This document shows positions 13,017-26,897 of a stretch of 64,000 nucleotides of DNA, piece after piece. The DNA is from the human T2T-CHM13v2.0 reference genome, Homo sapiens. The number at the start of each line of letters is the position of its first letter. Within the stretch, counting starts at the first letter, position 1. The notes under the pieces are model-generated. The model made no database searches and was not told where the DNA came from. It saw only the letters and a list, made by a program, of their open reading frames with translations. The position numbers were made by a program, and so were the translations under genes. The DNA lies in assembly GCF_009914755.1 (NCBI RefSeq), contig NC_060928.1; one strand, given 5' to 3'.

Positions 13017-14972
13017 CCTGGCCAGAGTCCTGATCTACAGAATCATGAGGAAATGTAAACCATTGTTCTAAGCCACTAAGTTTTGGAGTTTTATTACAGC
13101 AATAATAATTGAAAAGTTTCTCCTTCTGGCTCTGTAATTGGACTGTAAGTTCAATTAGTCCAATTATGGCATTGTATTATATTTTCATTGTATTTCCATT
13201 GTATTGCAGTCTTGTCTAAGCCCATTTGGTCATACCCAATAATTAGCTGGGCAGCTATTGGTAGCCTCCAATCAAGGGTGTTTATCCCAAGAATCACGAA
13301 ATTCAAGAAAGTTGTGAACACAGATGGGGAAAAAGATAACATCTTTATTTTCATTAATGTTTAACTGAAATTTAGCATTGCCTTTCGTTACAAATGAGAC
13401 AAGAAACCACAGTAGTATAAAAATTCTTGTGGCTTTGTCACAAGTGATTTCTACTGTCGCTAATAGAAATCACATATTTTTTTCATATCACATTACAATT
13501 GACTTCATTCTTTAAGATACTAACAAGGAAGTACATATATAATTATATAATAAATTTGTTTTTAATAATTTGATAACTGTAATATAATTGGTTTCCTCTG
13601 TAGTAATAAGTATTTTATTTTATGCATTTGGAACCATTATTTTGCAAAGGGATCCAGAGGCATTACCAGACTCTTAAAGGGTCCAAGGCCCTAAAAAAAA
13701 TAAGAACATCTGAACCAGAGGTAGAGATGGGTCAAAGATCACTACTCCACAAACCTCCTTCTCAGTTTTATTGAAAGCAAGTTTCATACAGATTCCTGCT
13801 GCCCACACAGACATTGATTAGCAAACTGACACTAAAACAGTTCCTGCCTACAACTTGTTCTGGAAGCAAGATCAAGTTCTGGCACCCTCTCTCTTTTTAG
13901 GAGTTCCAACAGCATCTCATATGAAAGGTTCATTTAGGGCAAATATTCCAGTGGCAGGTTTCAGCCAATTAGTTACAGCGGACTAGGAACATGAATTCTC
14001 CAAGATAGCAGCTAGACACCATAATCATGCCTGGGGAAATTTTCCAAAGATCAAAGTAAAAATAGTTGAATAAGAATAACGTAGTAATGGCTAACACTTA
14101 ATTGATAACTTCCTGCTTGCCAGACACTATTCTAAGCACTCATCATGGAATAATTCATGAATTCCTCATGATCAGCAGATGGGGTAGGCATATTATCACA
14201 CCCATCTTACAGATTAGGAGACAGGCTCAGAGAGGTTAAAGAACTTACTCAAGGTCACATAGCTCCTAAGAGACAGACTGAAGTGTGAGCTGTTGCAATG
14301 CTTCTCAAACTTTGCCATGCATTAGAATCACACTGCAGCTTTAAAAATCCCAATTCCCAGGGTGCACACCAGCAACACACCATTACATTGGCCTGCGCCA
14401 AGTCTGCCGATTAAGTCAGTCTCTGTAAGTAGAGCCCAGATACTACATTGATATTTTTTAAAGCTTCCCATCAGGTGATTACAATATGCAGCCAAGATTG
14501 GGCTCCTTGGATTCTTAAATTCAGTTCTTCAAGAGCAGGGGTCCTGCTATAATACATTAAGCCAATCTTGAATGCTCCTTATTTCACCAATAACAAAAAT
14601 AACTTCTAGCACCTATTATGTTAGCTAACAAAGCCTCTGACATTGATCTGAAATTTAAAAATAGTAACTGAAATCTTGTGGTAGCCACCTCAGGTTAGAC
14701 GTCTGGCTTGAAGTTATTAAATGCTAACAAACCACCCTTGCAGTGTTGTGATTAGAACACTTAAAATGTTAACTGTCTCTAAAGAATAGATTAAAGTGAA
14801 CCCACACACACTGGATATTACACTATTTCTGTTAAAATATTTTAAATGAAATTACAGACAGCATAACACATTGCCATCACATTCACTCTCTTCTTATGTT
14901 GAAAAGCCTAACAATGCTCCCACCTGCCCTGCAGTCACCAGATGAAATTTCCTGAATCACCTAATTAGTAAT

Positions 14973-15386
14973 TGATATGGTTTGGATATTTGTCTCCTGT
15001 AAATCGCATGTTAAAATGTGATTCCTAATATTGGAGGTGGAGCCTGGTGGGAGGTGTTTGGGCCATGGAGGAGGGTCCCTCATGAATGGATTGGTGCCCT
15101 CCTCTTGGTAATGAGTGAGTTCTCGCTCAGTTAGTTCACATGAGATCTGGTTGTGTAAGAGTGTGGCACCTCCTCCCTCTCTCTGTTACTCCCACTACCA
15201 CTCTGTGATAAGCCTGCTCCCCCTTCACATTCTGCCGTGATTGTAAGCTCCCTGAGGCCTCACCAGGAGCAGATGCCAGTACCATGCTTCCTGTACAGCC
15301 TGCAGAACCTGAGCCAATTAAGCCTCTTTTCTTTATAAATTACTCAGTCCTGGATATTCCTTTATAGTGACATAAAAACTAACATG
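14973..15386 (+). mobile_element. MSTB-like solo LTR
   Basis: tgatatggtttggatatttgtc...ggaggtggagcctggtgggaggtg...cctcttttctttataaattac. Confidence 0.8.
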
Positions 15387-15582
15387 ATAATGTTACTGTT
15401 CTTTTTTACCTCCTAGATCTTTGACATGTGACTTTGAGGTCAGGTGGTGTTTCCTTGCCCCTTGAGATCAAAGTTAGATCACCTTAAGACACCTGTCTCC
15501 TGTCCTTACTCTACCACCATCATTCTCTCAGGGTCTGGGAAGAGTCTGAGACATTCCCTACTTGCAAGCTAATAAGTTAGCC

Positions 15583-15812
15583 TGGCCGAGTCCAGTGACT
15601 CACACCTATAATCCCAGCACTTTGGGAGGCTGAGGCAGGTGGATCACTTGAGGTCAGGAGTTTGGGACCAGCCTGGCCAACATGGTGAAACCCTGTTTCT
15701 ACCAAAAAATACAAAAATTAGCTGGGTGTGGTGGCACACGCCTGTAGTCCTAGCTATTCAGGAGGCTGAGGCGGGGTTATAGAGAGAGACTCCATCTCAA
15801 AAGGAAACAAAA
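15583..15812 (+). mobile_element. Alu with a right-arm internal deletion
   Basis: Left arm is intact; the right arm jumps from ggctgaggcggg to gagactccatctc. Confidence 0.9.
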
Positions 15813-17214
15813 GTTAGCCTGCTACTGTTTTATGGATGCTGGCAGAAGATATGAGACTTTTGGGTCAGAGTCAAAGGAACTTCTATTAGTCACAGCAGAG
15901 CAAGTAGAGACCATGATGTTAGCTTGGGTCTCAATGCGTCCCAAGTCCTGTGGGGGTGACAGAGGCAGGCCCAGGGAGACGGCACACATTACAGGTGATT
16001 TCCATCACACGCAAAGAACATTGATCCTGGGAAAGTGAGCAGTAAACAAACCTGCTCTTTGTCTGGTGGGAAACAAGATTGCCTGTTGCAAACACAACCC
16101 TGAGAAATAGCCCAGGTAAAAGCAGAATGGTTTGGCATTCCTGGCATACCCAGCAATCAAGAGCAGGGACGCTCAGAACTCACAGTGGATTGCTTCTTCT
16201 GACACCCGGCCGTTGACTTTGTGTTATTTTCTTCTCAGCACTTAACTCCCTGATAAGTTCTCATTAGTATGTCCTTATCTGTCTCTTTCAATGCAGTGGA
16301 AGTTCCAGGAGCTTGGGGTCATCTGTCCTTTCATTGTTAACTCCCCAGTACCAAGGAGAACAGGCCTGCAGAAGGCATTCCGTAAATGTTTGTTGAATGA
16401 ATGAGTGGGACTAACCTCACTTTCCGACATAGGCTACAAATTCTCCACTCCAATCTAACAGGATTCTTAACTGCCCCCAAACCTGCCTAACTTCACGGCT
16501 TTGGCCTGGAGAAGCCTTGGCCGCAGGTGGCTTACCTCTCCTGCACCACACAGTTCACCCCCTGCAAAGCCCACGGCAGTATCTTCTCTCAGTTTCCTTC
16601 TACCTATGAATCTTCTCTGAACTTTTATAGCTCTCCTCTTTGGTCTCATGCATTATTAATATTTCCATCATTATATTCTTTTTTTCATAATTATTATGTA
16701 GTTGTTAAGGCCTATGAGTCTTGTTAAAATGTAAATGTCCCTGAGTTGGGAAAAGAAAGAAAGACGAGACCACAGCGGTGGTAAAGGGTAATGGTGACAG
16801 CCTCTAGACACCTGTATTGCTACTTACTAGCTGTGTAACCTCAGGCAAGCAGTTAAACCTCTCTGAGCCTTAGTTTTCTCATCTGCAACATGGGGAAAAT
16901 GACCATAACTACCTCCTAGGGTTATTCTGAGGATTCAGTGAGATATTTTGTGGAAAGGACTGAGAAAAGTACTTTTGGTTATTTGTGGTGCAACATGCAA
17001 TGTCATGCTGGATGCCTTCCCCGGTGACCCCTCAAGAGAGCCTCACCCCATTGGAGTGCCAGCCCCTTGAAAGAGAAGATGCATGGACTTCATTCTGCAT
17101 CCGCTGCTGTTCCTCACTCTGCCCCAGAACACAGGACTGCGAGGAGGGGAAGGGCATGAGGAGCACGTTGAGCAGATGTTCCCACATGAAGTTAAATCTT
17201 CACAGAAGTGGGAA

Positions 17215-17674
17215 TGTAGCAGAACGAGCTGCAGACAAAACCCCTCAGACACCGAGTTAAAGAAGGAAGGGCTTTATTCAGCTGGGAGCGTTGGCAAGAC
17301 TCGTCTCAAAACCCGAGCTCTCCGAGTGAGCAATTCCTGTCCCTCTTAAGGGCTTACAACTCTAAGGGGGTCCACATGAGAGGGTCGTGATCAATTGAGC
17401 AAGCAGGAGGTACGTGACTGGGGGCTGCATGCGCCGGTAATCAGAATGGAACAGAACAGGACAGGGATTTTCACAATGCTTTTCCATACAATGTCTGGAA
17501 TCTATGGATAACACAAGCAGTTAGGTCAGGGGTTGATTTTTAACTACCAGGCCCAGGGTGTGGTACTGGGCAATCTGCCTGTGGATTCCATTTCTACCTT
17601 TTAGTTTTTACTTCTTCTTTCTTTGGAGGCAGAAATTGGGCATAAGACAATATGAGGGGTGGTCTCCTCCCTTA
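17215..17674 (-). mobile_element. Solo LTR2 (HERV-E/Harlequin, ERV1)
   Basis: Minus strand starts TAAGGGAGGAGACCACCCCTCATATTGTCTTATGCCCAATTTCTGCCTCCAAAG and ends ...GCTACA. Minus-strand AATAAA at 17273-17278; near 4-bp TSD ggaa/ggag; 460 bp. Confidence 0.85.
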
Positions 17675-18159
17675 GGAGGAGTGTTCAGTTGATGCAGCCC
17701 CACATGAGAAAGGACTCTTCCATGACTTTGACTTTGATTCTGGTCAAAAAGAAGAGACTCACTGAGCGAAATGGCCAGAGAGCAGTTATTTCACATTTCA
17801 GGTCTGGCAATGGAAGCAAAAGTTATAGTGGGTAACCTTGGAGCTGAGTTTTCTGGGCTGCAGAAGGCAAGTATTTCTAACTGGTCCTGGGCTGGCCTGA
17901 AGCAGTCTTTCTCTTTGAGTACTATTTTATTCAATAATAAGGAGTTATACATTCATAGAACTTTGCAAAGCACTTGAACATGTATCATCCCCTTTGACCT
18001 TCACAATCTTCAGAGGGAGGTATGTCCAGCAGCTTCATCATCCCCCATTTTACAGAGGAGGAAACTGAGGCACAGAGGCATCACATGGTAGAGCTGGGAT
18101 TCAAACTCTGCCTCAACCTTACAGTAAGTAGAGTAACCTTACAGTAAGTAGAGTAAGGC

Positions 18160-18885
<726 letters not shown>

Positions 18886-19292
18886 ACCCCCCAAATCCTG
18901 CCAGGGCATCATGGTCATTTCAGGAAGCATGGTATTTTAAAATAAATTCATACTTGATGGGAACAGCACAGACGGCATGCAGGATCCACACAGGCCCTCC
19001 AACTACCCTGTGCTGCCAGCTCCTGGAATTCTTCAGCAGGATGTCTATGGAGGCAGGACAGTGCATGGCTGGAAACATGCCTTCTGGAGCTGGCAGCCTG
19101 GATTTATAATCCCAGCTCACTAGCTGTGAGACAATAAACAAGTTATTTAGCCTCCCTGTGCCTTGGTTTCCTCATCTGTGGATGGAAGTGAAAAATAGCA
19201 CAGACTTCAAGGACCAGAAGAATCAATAGGTGCTTAGGACAGTGCTGGGCACATGGCTGTTAGTTATTATTATTATTAAAGGGCTTTTAGTC

Positions 19293-19428
19293 TTTTTTTT
19301 TTTTTTTTTTTTTTTTGATACAGGGTCTTGCTCTGTCGCCCAGGCTGGAGTGCAGTGGTGCAATCTGGGCTCACTGCAGCCTCCACCTCCTGAGCTCAGG
19401 CGATCCTCCCACCTCAACCTCCTCAGCA
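19293..19428 (-). mobile_element. Partial Alu (right arm, AluJ-like)
   Basis: Poly-T then gatacagggtcttgctctgtcgcccaggctggagtgcag; truncated. Confidence 0.9.
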
Positions 19429-20040
19429 GCGAGGATAAAGCGACTAATAAGCACCTCCCAGGACTATTGGAAGAACCAAAAGAGATAATAGGCATGAGAT
19501 TCTTTTGCAAACGGAAACATGCCATTCAGATGAAAGGGGTGAGCATAATTACCGCCAAGGAGTCATTCCGGCTAGAATGAAATTGAGGAGAGGCAGGGGT
19601 GGGGGGTGACCCAGAGGCAGATGCAGCACCTTGGGGATGGGGAACAGGACTGGAGCCAAAGACCAGCCTGGTGCCTTTCCACCAAGCAGCGTGTGTTTTG
19701 GAGGCTGGCTCTGGGCAGGGCACTGCGCAAGACAGTTGGGCACTTAGCCCACGGGCCAGCCCTGCTCCCCAGGAGTGGCAGATTCCCACACACTTCCTCC
19801 TACTTAGAGAAAAAAAGAAATGGAGGCTTTGAAGGAAGTGTGTGAACATTTCAAAGCGCCAATAATTCATGACCAGCAACCACAGCTGAAATGCTGAGTA
19901 GAGTAAGTTCTGGCTCACAGTGCATCAGCTGATAGATTTCCCAGTAAGAAGTGGCCAGGCCTTTTGGGGTGAGTTAGCAACCTGCTCCAAAAGCAGATGT
20001 TTTGCAGTGGCTGGTAGACCTCTGTGCTGCATGCTCCAGA

Positions 20041-20154
20041 CAGGGTGGCTAACTATCCCGGTTTTCCAAGGACACAGGAGTTTCCTGGGACACAGAACTT
20101 TCAGTGCTAAAACTGGGAACGTCTTGGCCAAACTAGGACAAGTTGATCACCTTA
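20041..20154. mobile_element. MER81-like hAT-Blackjack MITE
   Basis: Terminal inverted repeats cagggtggctaac / gttgatcacctta; internal actttcagtgctaaaactggga; ~114 bp. Confidence 0.7.
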
Positions 20155-21049
20155 TTCCCAGGACTCTGCATCTCCCTTCACCAAAATCCTCCTGGAAATG
20201 CTCCCCAGCTCACCCTGAAATAGTACGGCCTTCATGCTCTTGCTTTTAGATTCATTACATAAAGCAGAGATTGGCAGTGTTTCCAGACCAATTCCAAACA
20301 CTGTCCATTCACTGAGTGCTTTACAGTTTGCAAAGTGGTTTCCCATACATTAACATGTTTGGTCTTTAGAACAATCTCAAGGCCAAGGATAATAAAGATG
20401 GCTGTGCTAGAAATGCTTCAGAATGTAAGAAACAGAAAATATAACTAGAATGACTTAAGGAAATAGGTTGTTATTGTTTTCCAAAACAAAATGTCTAGAA
20501 GCAGGCAGTTGCTGGGTTTGTGTCTTTAGCATGATATCAAGGCAAGCTGACTGCAACTCTTCCAGTCTTCCCTCATGGCTGCCACAACACTAGATACCTG
20601 GTTTCATCTTAGGCAGGAAGAAGGTGGCTGATGGGACACAGCCAGCAGAATTCTGCTTAGGTTCCTTTGGCCAGAGCAGTGTTACAGGGGCATTTCCAGC
20701 TGCATGGCCATTAGAGATATGAAGTATTTAGCTTTCTAGCCTCTGTAGTAGAGGAAGGTGAGGGATAAAAGGAATAGGAGCAGTGTTGAATGAGTCACTT
20801 ACAGTATCCGCCACAGTATGAACAGAGGGTGGCTTACTACAGGGCAGACAAGGCTAGCGGGACTTGGGATCTCATGGAGCCCTGTGATTCTCAACACTTC
20901 ATTGTACATTGAATCAACTGGAGCCCTTTTAAAATAATGATGCCCTGGTCTACCCCAGACAACCAAAATCAGAATCTCTGAGAATAGGTCCTAGCATAAT
21001 TATCTTTCAAATCTCCCTAGTTGACTAAAGTGTGCAGCCGGCCTTCTAA

Positions 21050-21247
21050 AGCTGCACTGTTCAAGTGCTAGTCCCTAGCCACATGTGGTTATTGACATTG
21101 AAATTAAGTAAAATAGTTTCTCGGTCATAGTGGCCACATTTCAAACAGTCAGTAGCTGCACGTGGCTCGTGACTACCCTTTGTACAGTGCAGATACAAAA
21201 CATTTCCACCACCATAGAGAGTGCTGTGACTGGACAGTGCTGTTCTA
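21050..21247. mobile_element. MER3/MER33-like hAT-Charlie MITE
   Basis: ctagccacatgtggttattga...gccacatttcaa...ggacagtgctg. Confidence 0.7.
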
Positions 21248-22394
21248 GGGGAACCTGAGAGTGAGGGAGCCTGTTTGGAAGTTCAAGCAGGGCTGGGCTG
21301 AGTGAGGCAAGTCAGATAGCCCTGACCTGGATGCAGTACAGAAGAATGGTTAAGGGGGTGAACAGGGAGCCAGGTGGCCCCAGTTTCAATCGCAGACCCT
21401 CCACTCACCAGCTGGGCAACTTCAAACAAGTCACTATCCTCTCTGGCCTCTCTTTTTCCCCCTGCAAAATGCGGGTGATAACAGCATACCAACTTTAGGG
21501 GTTGCAGTGAGGACTCTAAGCTGATCCTTGTAACACGCTCAGGACGGTGCCCTGGCACGCGCTACCTGCTGCATATGTCGGCTGTTGATGTTATCCAGGA
21601 GGCCTGACAGAGGGCCTCTCCCCAGGCACATCTGTGATGTTAACTGTCAACCCAAGACTTTCTCCCAGGTTTCCCAGCTGGGACCGTGACACTGGCTTTT
21701 CCATGTCACCCCTTGCTCTGGGTCTGATTTCCTGGTACTCAGCCAGTCAGCCCACCCCAGGTCCAAGTATGTAGGAGGAGTGAAAGAATGAATGAGTGCA
21801 CAAACACCGAACACATCCCTGGGATCATTCACTGAGTATAACCAGCCCCTTGACTTGTAACTTGGCCCTGGGTTCAGCAGGTGCAGAGGGCGTGGAGCAG
21901 GGAGTCAGTCCTTGTGGGCCTGGGCAGGTCGCTGGGCCTCTCTGAGAATACCTGATCTATAAAATCAGGGGTTCAGCCCAACACAGAGTACAGCCTCTCT
22001 GAAAGGCATTAAATCTCTGAAACACAGAATTTTCCTTCCTTGGGGAAAAATTACAGCTTCTTAACTAGGGTGCCTGTGCCCTGATCTTCCCAGGTTTCCG
22101 ATCTCCCCAAGATACAATAGGAGTCCTTTGTCATCGCTCAGAGCTGCCACCCAGCCTTCCCTGTCCCCTCCATCTCTCCAGGTTGCGCTGTCTAGGAAGG
22201 GGGGCCAGGGCGTGCATCAGGAAGAAGACATTCACTGCAGCAGAAATGAGTAAGATGCCCCCTCCTTGCTCTATGAGGACTGTCAGAAAGTGGGGGACGA
22301 CGCCCCCTGATACAGGCCTGCTCAAACAGCCCCACCTCCCAGGGAAGGAAGGGCACTTTCAGATGCAACAACCTTGAGCCTCAGCACATCTGCT

Positions 22395-22990
22395 CCTGGC
22401 GTGCGAATGCCACAGCGCGGCAGACACGCCGCGATGGGTCCCAGTCATTAACTGGCTGTCAGGTTCCTCAGATGATGGAGCTAAAAATAGCGCGCTATAG
22501 ATAGAAGCTTCTCCCACGCAGGCAGGCGCCGGCTGCAAATGGAAGTGGGGGGCAGGGGCTGTGCGCGGCTCTCTCCCCTAAAGCGAGGTTCGTGCTCATC
22601 TCTAGCCCCCGCCGCTCTCGTGGGCCACGTCCTGCTTCGCTCCGCAGCATCCCCACTCAGGAACCGCAGATGCGCCCAAATGTTCCAAACCCGCGCGGGG
22701 CGGGGGCTCATTTGTATGCCGCACCCTGGATACAAGTGATAAGGCCCCAAACACTCCAAGGAGACCGCACAGATGAAACCCGGCGCTGCTCGCTCAGGAG
22801 GCGAGATATTTATAGAATCCAAATATCAGCATTTTCTCCCCATTTACACAAAGCAATTTCAGCCTTTTCAGATGAGAAAAGAGCAGCCCCGGCCGTCATT
22901 CATTCGGGTGCGGGAATCACATTTGGGACCAGGAAGCCCTGATTTTATAGGAAACCTCGAGGCAGGCTCGGATTAAAGATCAATGGCGAC
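22395..22990. promoter_or_regulatory. Orphan CpG island, candidate enhancer/promoter
   Basis: Dense CpG and high GC in non-repeat DNA. Perfect MEF2 site CTAAAAATAG at 22481-22490; GCGTGGGAG (EGR/WT1-type, minus) at 22511-22519; GC box ggggcgggg at 22697-22705. Confidence 0.7.
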
Positions 22991-23126
22991 ATAAAATGTG
23001 GGCTGTCATATTTTCGCTCTGAACATGTCCTGGTAATAAAAAATGTTGTTTTAGTAAATAAACTCGGGGAGATGCATTGCCTGCTGTTTATGCTCTTCAG
23101 CCTTGGTGCTTGGAGCAAAGGATGAC

Positions 23127-23129
<3 letters not shown>

Positions 23130-23170
<41 letters not shown>

Positions 23171-23187
23171 CAGAGAGAGAGAGAGAA
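23130..23187. repeat. (GA)n microsatellite
   Basis: Long GA run with two GACA interruptions. Confidence 0.95.
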
Positions 23188-23764
23188 TGAATATCATCTT
23201 CGGAGTCCACAGCTGAGCCTACCAGCTGCAGGGGAAGCCTCTGACCCTCTCTCCACCTCCTGAGCCAGCGCAGCGCACTGTGTATTTCTCTGCCGAGATG
23301 CTCATTTTGCTACTTCTTTAAGAAAAGTGTGAAATGTGTTTCCAAAAAATAATGAGGCCGGCAGTGGAACAGGCAGGCTGTCAGTGCAGACCCTGGGGAG
23401 AGATAGGCGTGGGGTCAAGTCCTGGCCCTGCCGCATCCGGGCTGAATGGGTCTGGGGAAGTTACCTAACACCGCTGAAGCTCAGTTTCCTCATCTGTTAA
23501 ATGGGGATATCGTAGTCCCTCCCTCACTGAGGCATAGTGAGGATTAAATGATAAAATGCAGGAAAAGTGCCTGTCAGGCCAGTCAATAGCAGATTTTATT
23601 ATTGTGCCCAGGAATTGGAAGATGAATTCAGGGTATCAGTGGATATCTCCCTGGACCATAGGTCTTCAAGATTTGCTGAGCAGCTCCCAATTTGCCTGAA
23701 GTTTGACCAGGAAAAACACCTTATGGGGTTCCCCCATAATTCAGTTTTGTTCAATATAACAGGC

Positions 23765-24134
<370 letters not shown>

Positions 24135-25018
24135 TTAAGTGGTCTTCCCTGACATGTCCCAAAGCCCTGTTGACAGTGGGCCAGGGGGTGGCTTTGTGGG
24201 TCCAGCATGCAGTCATGCCTCATCTGAGATCTCTTTGGGAAACTGGGCATAGATCCTTGTGTATTCAGACCAATCCCCTCCAAACCTCCTGGGCATTTCT
24301 GACACCACCCTCCTCCTCTGGGCACACCAGGCAGGGAGGGACCTGGCATAGGGCTATCTTGTCTCAGGATCTCATCTCATTCCTTGCTTTTCCGCAACTC
24401 ACCTTTCTCCCTGATGTCTAGCTTAGTCGTTCTGAAATTTTAGTATCATCAAAATCACCAGGACAGATCCTAGACTGCTTGAGCTCCATCCCCAGAGTTT
24501 CTGATTCAGTATCACTGGGATTAGGGCCCAGGAATGTATATTCCTAACAAGTTCTCAGATGATGCCAAGTGATGTTGATTTCCAGACCACCTTTGGAGAA
24601 CCAATGATCTAAAGAAATTCATACGGAGGGTGAGGGACTGGAAAGTTCTGCTATTACTGCTATTACTCATCATGTCTCATAGGGTCTTGACGCATCAGCT
24701 CTTTTGGTTTTGTGGGCCTGGATCCTTTGAAATACAACAATAAATAATTATAAATTTAGATGAGTGCTCTGTAGGAAAACTCAGTGTGCCTTCAGAGAGC
24801 ATATAGAGGGTCCTGACTGAGGGTCAGGAAGGACTGCTTTAAGGACACGACAATAGAAGCTGAGGATTAGGGTGCATAAAATTAGATGAGGAGCCAGGGA
24901 ACAGCATTCCAAGGAGCAGGACTGGACTATGCTTTGGAGCCACATTGTCATGGGTTTGTTGCTCAAAGAAACCAACTAACAGCTGTGGTTTCATTGAGCC
25001 TCAATAATAAGAGGTCAG

Positions 25019-25322
25019 GGCCAGGTGCCACGGGTTATGTCTGTAATCTCAGCATTTTGAGAGGCTGAGGTGGGAGGATCACTTGAGTCCAGGACTTTGA
25101 GGCCAGGCTGGGCAACATACTGAGACCTCATTTCTACAAAAAAATTTAAAAATTAGCCAGGTGTGGTGGTGCGTGCCTATGGTCCCAGCTATCAGGAGGC
25201 TGAGGTGGGAGGATCACTTGAGCCTGGGAGTTTGAGGCTGCAGTGAGCTCTGATCGAAGCACTGCACTCCAGCCTGGGAGACAGAGAGAGACCTGTCTCA
25301 AAAGTAATAGTCATAATAATAA
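25019..25322 (+). mobile_element. AluJ
   Basis: Full dimer; ggatcacttgagcctgggagtttgaggctgcagtgagc. Confidence 0.9.
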
Positions 25323-25799
25323 AAGGTCAGAAGAGAGACCCAGGCCCTTCCTTCTCACCTGTCCCTGCCCCTTCTTCCTCCCCTGCTTCCCCTCCTATCT
25401 GCCCTAGCACCATCAAGTCCTGTTGCTGGGTGCTCTGCCTTAGTTGACTCTTGTCTTCATTGTACATTGTGTCAGTTATCTATTATCGCTGCATAACAAA
25501 CCCTAACATTTAGTTCTCCCAATTCGTGCGGTTGGCTGGGTGGTTTGGCTGCTGGACTCACCTGGGCTCACTCATGCAGCTGCACTCCGCTAGCAGCTGG
25601 TGAGGCAGCTGGGCTCTGGCTCTCTGGGCTGGGCATCTCTCTCCATATGGTCTTTCACTGTTCGTTCTTCATGGTAGGGCCATGTCAGGGCAATATTCCA
25701 AGATGGGCAGGAGGGAAGCACAAGGCCTTCCAAGGTCCAGGCTCCGGAGCCTACCTACTTGTCACTTCTGCCACATTCTATTGGTTGAGAGTGTTGGCC

Positions 25800-26246
25800 T
25801 GAAAGGAAGAGGCTGAGGCATGAAGTGTAATTTAAAGAGTTTACTTAAGCCAAAGTGAGGACAGCTGCCTGGAAGACTCAGACCCAAGTAACCTTGCCTA
25901 TGAGCTTCGTTCTGCCTTTCTTAAAAGCAGGTTTTTAAAGGAAAGAAGGGGACACGGAGGCAGTGGGCTGCTACAACGCTGTCAGGAATCCTCATTGGTT
26001 TACAGAAATAACATTAATTAGGGATTGGCTATACATTGTGAAGCTACAGGGTATGGGTTATAGTGTCTGGTGTGGCATTACTGGGTTAATTTACAGCTTC
26101 TTGTGGTAATAGTAAGCAGTTTCAAGAGATGAATGCATAGCTCAAAGTGAAGTGTAGGATGAGAGTGCTGTCTCATTGTCTTGTCTCTCTGGGCTTGATC
26201 ATTTAAAAGGACTTGCATTCCTCAGATAAAAGTTCTTTTTTTCTCA
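25800..26246 (-). mobile_element. ERV1 MER4-group solo LTR (MER65-like; subfamily uncertain)
   Basis: Minus strand starts TGAGAAAAAAAGAACTTTTATCTGAGGAATGCAAGTCC and ends ...CCTTTCA (TG...CA termini). Confidence 0.6.
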
Positions 26247-26581
26247 GGGGAAACCGGAAGGCAGCGGAGCAGAGAAAAGGAGCTTGTTTCCTCCTGTTTT
26301 CTTCCTGTTCCCATCTGCACAGCCTCAGCACCAGCCTTCAGCCTTGCAGCAGCAGTTGTTTCCAGCTTTTTCCCACCCTTCCAGAGCCAGCCTGGATACC
26401 AGCTTTACAGGGCACTTCCTCCATGCCTCTAAGTCCTCATAACCCCGACCTCTTCTGATTCTCCAGTCTTAAGGATGGAAGCTGCTTCCTTCAGCTACTA
26501 CTTCTTTGAGATCTCAGTGGTCCCAGTTTGCCTTTTCAATACTCAGTTCAGCCAATTCCTTGTATTAAACTATCTCTGTTA

Positions 26582-26897
<316 letters not shown>

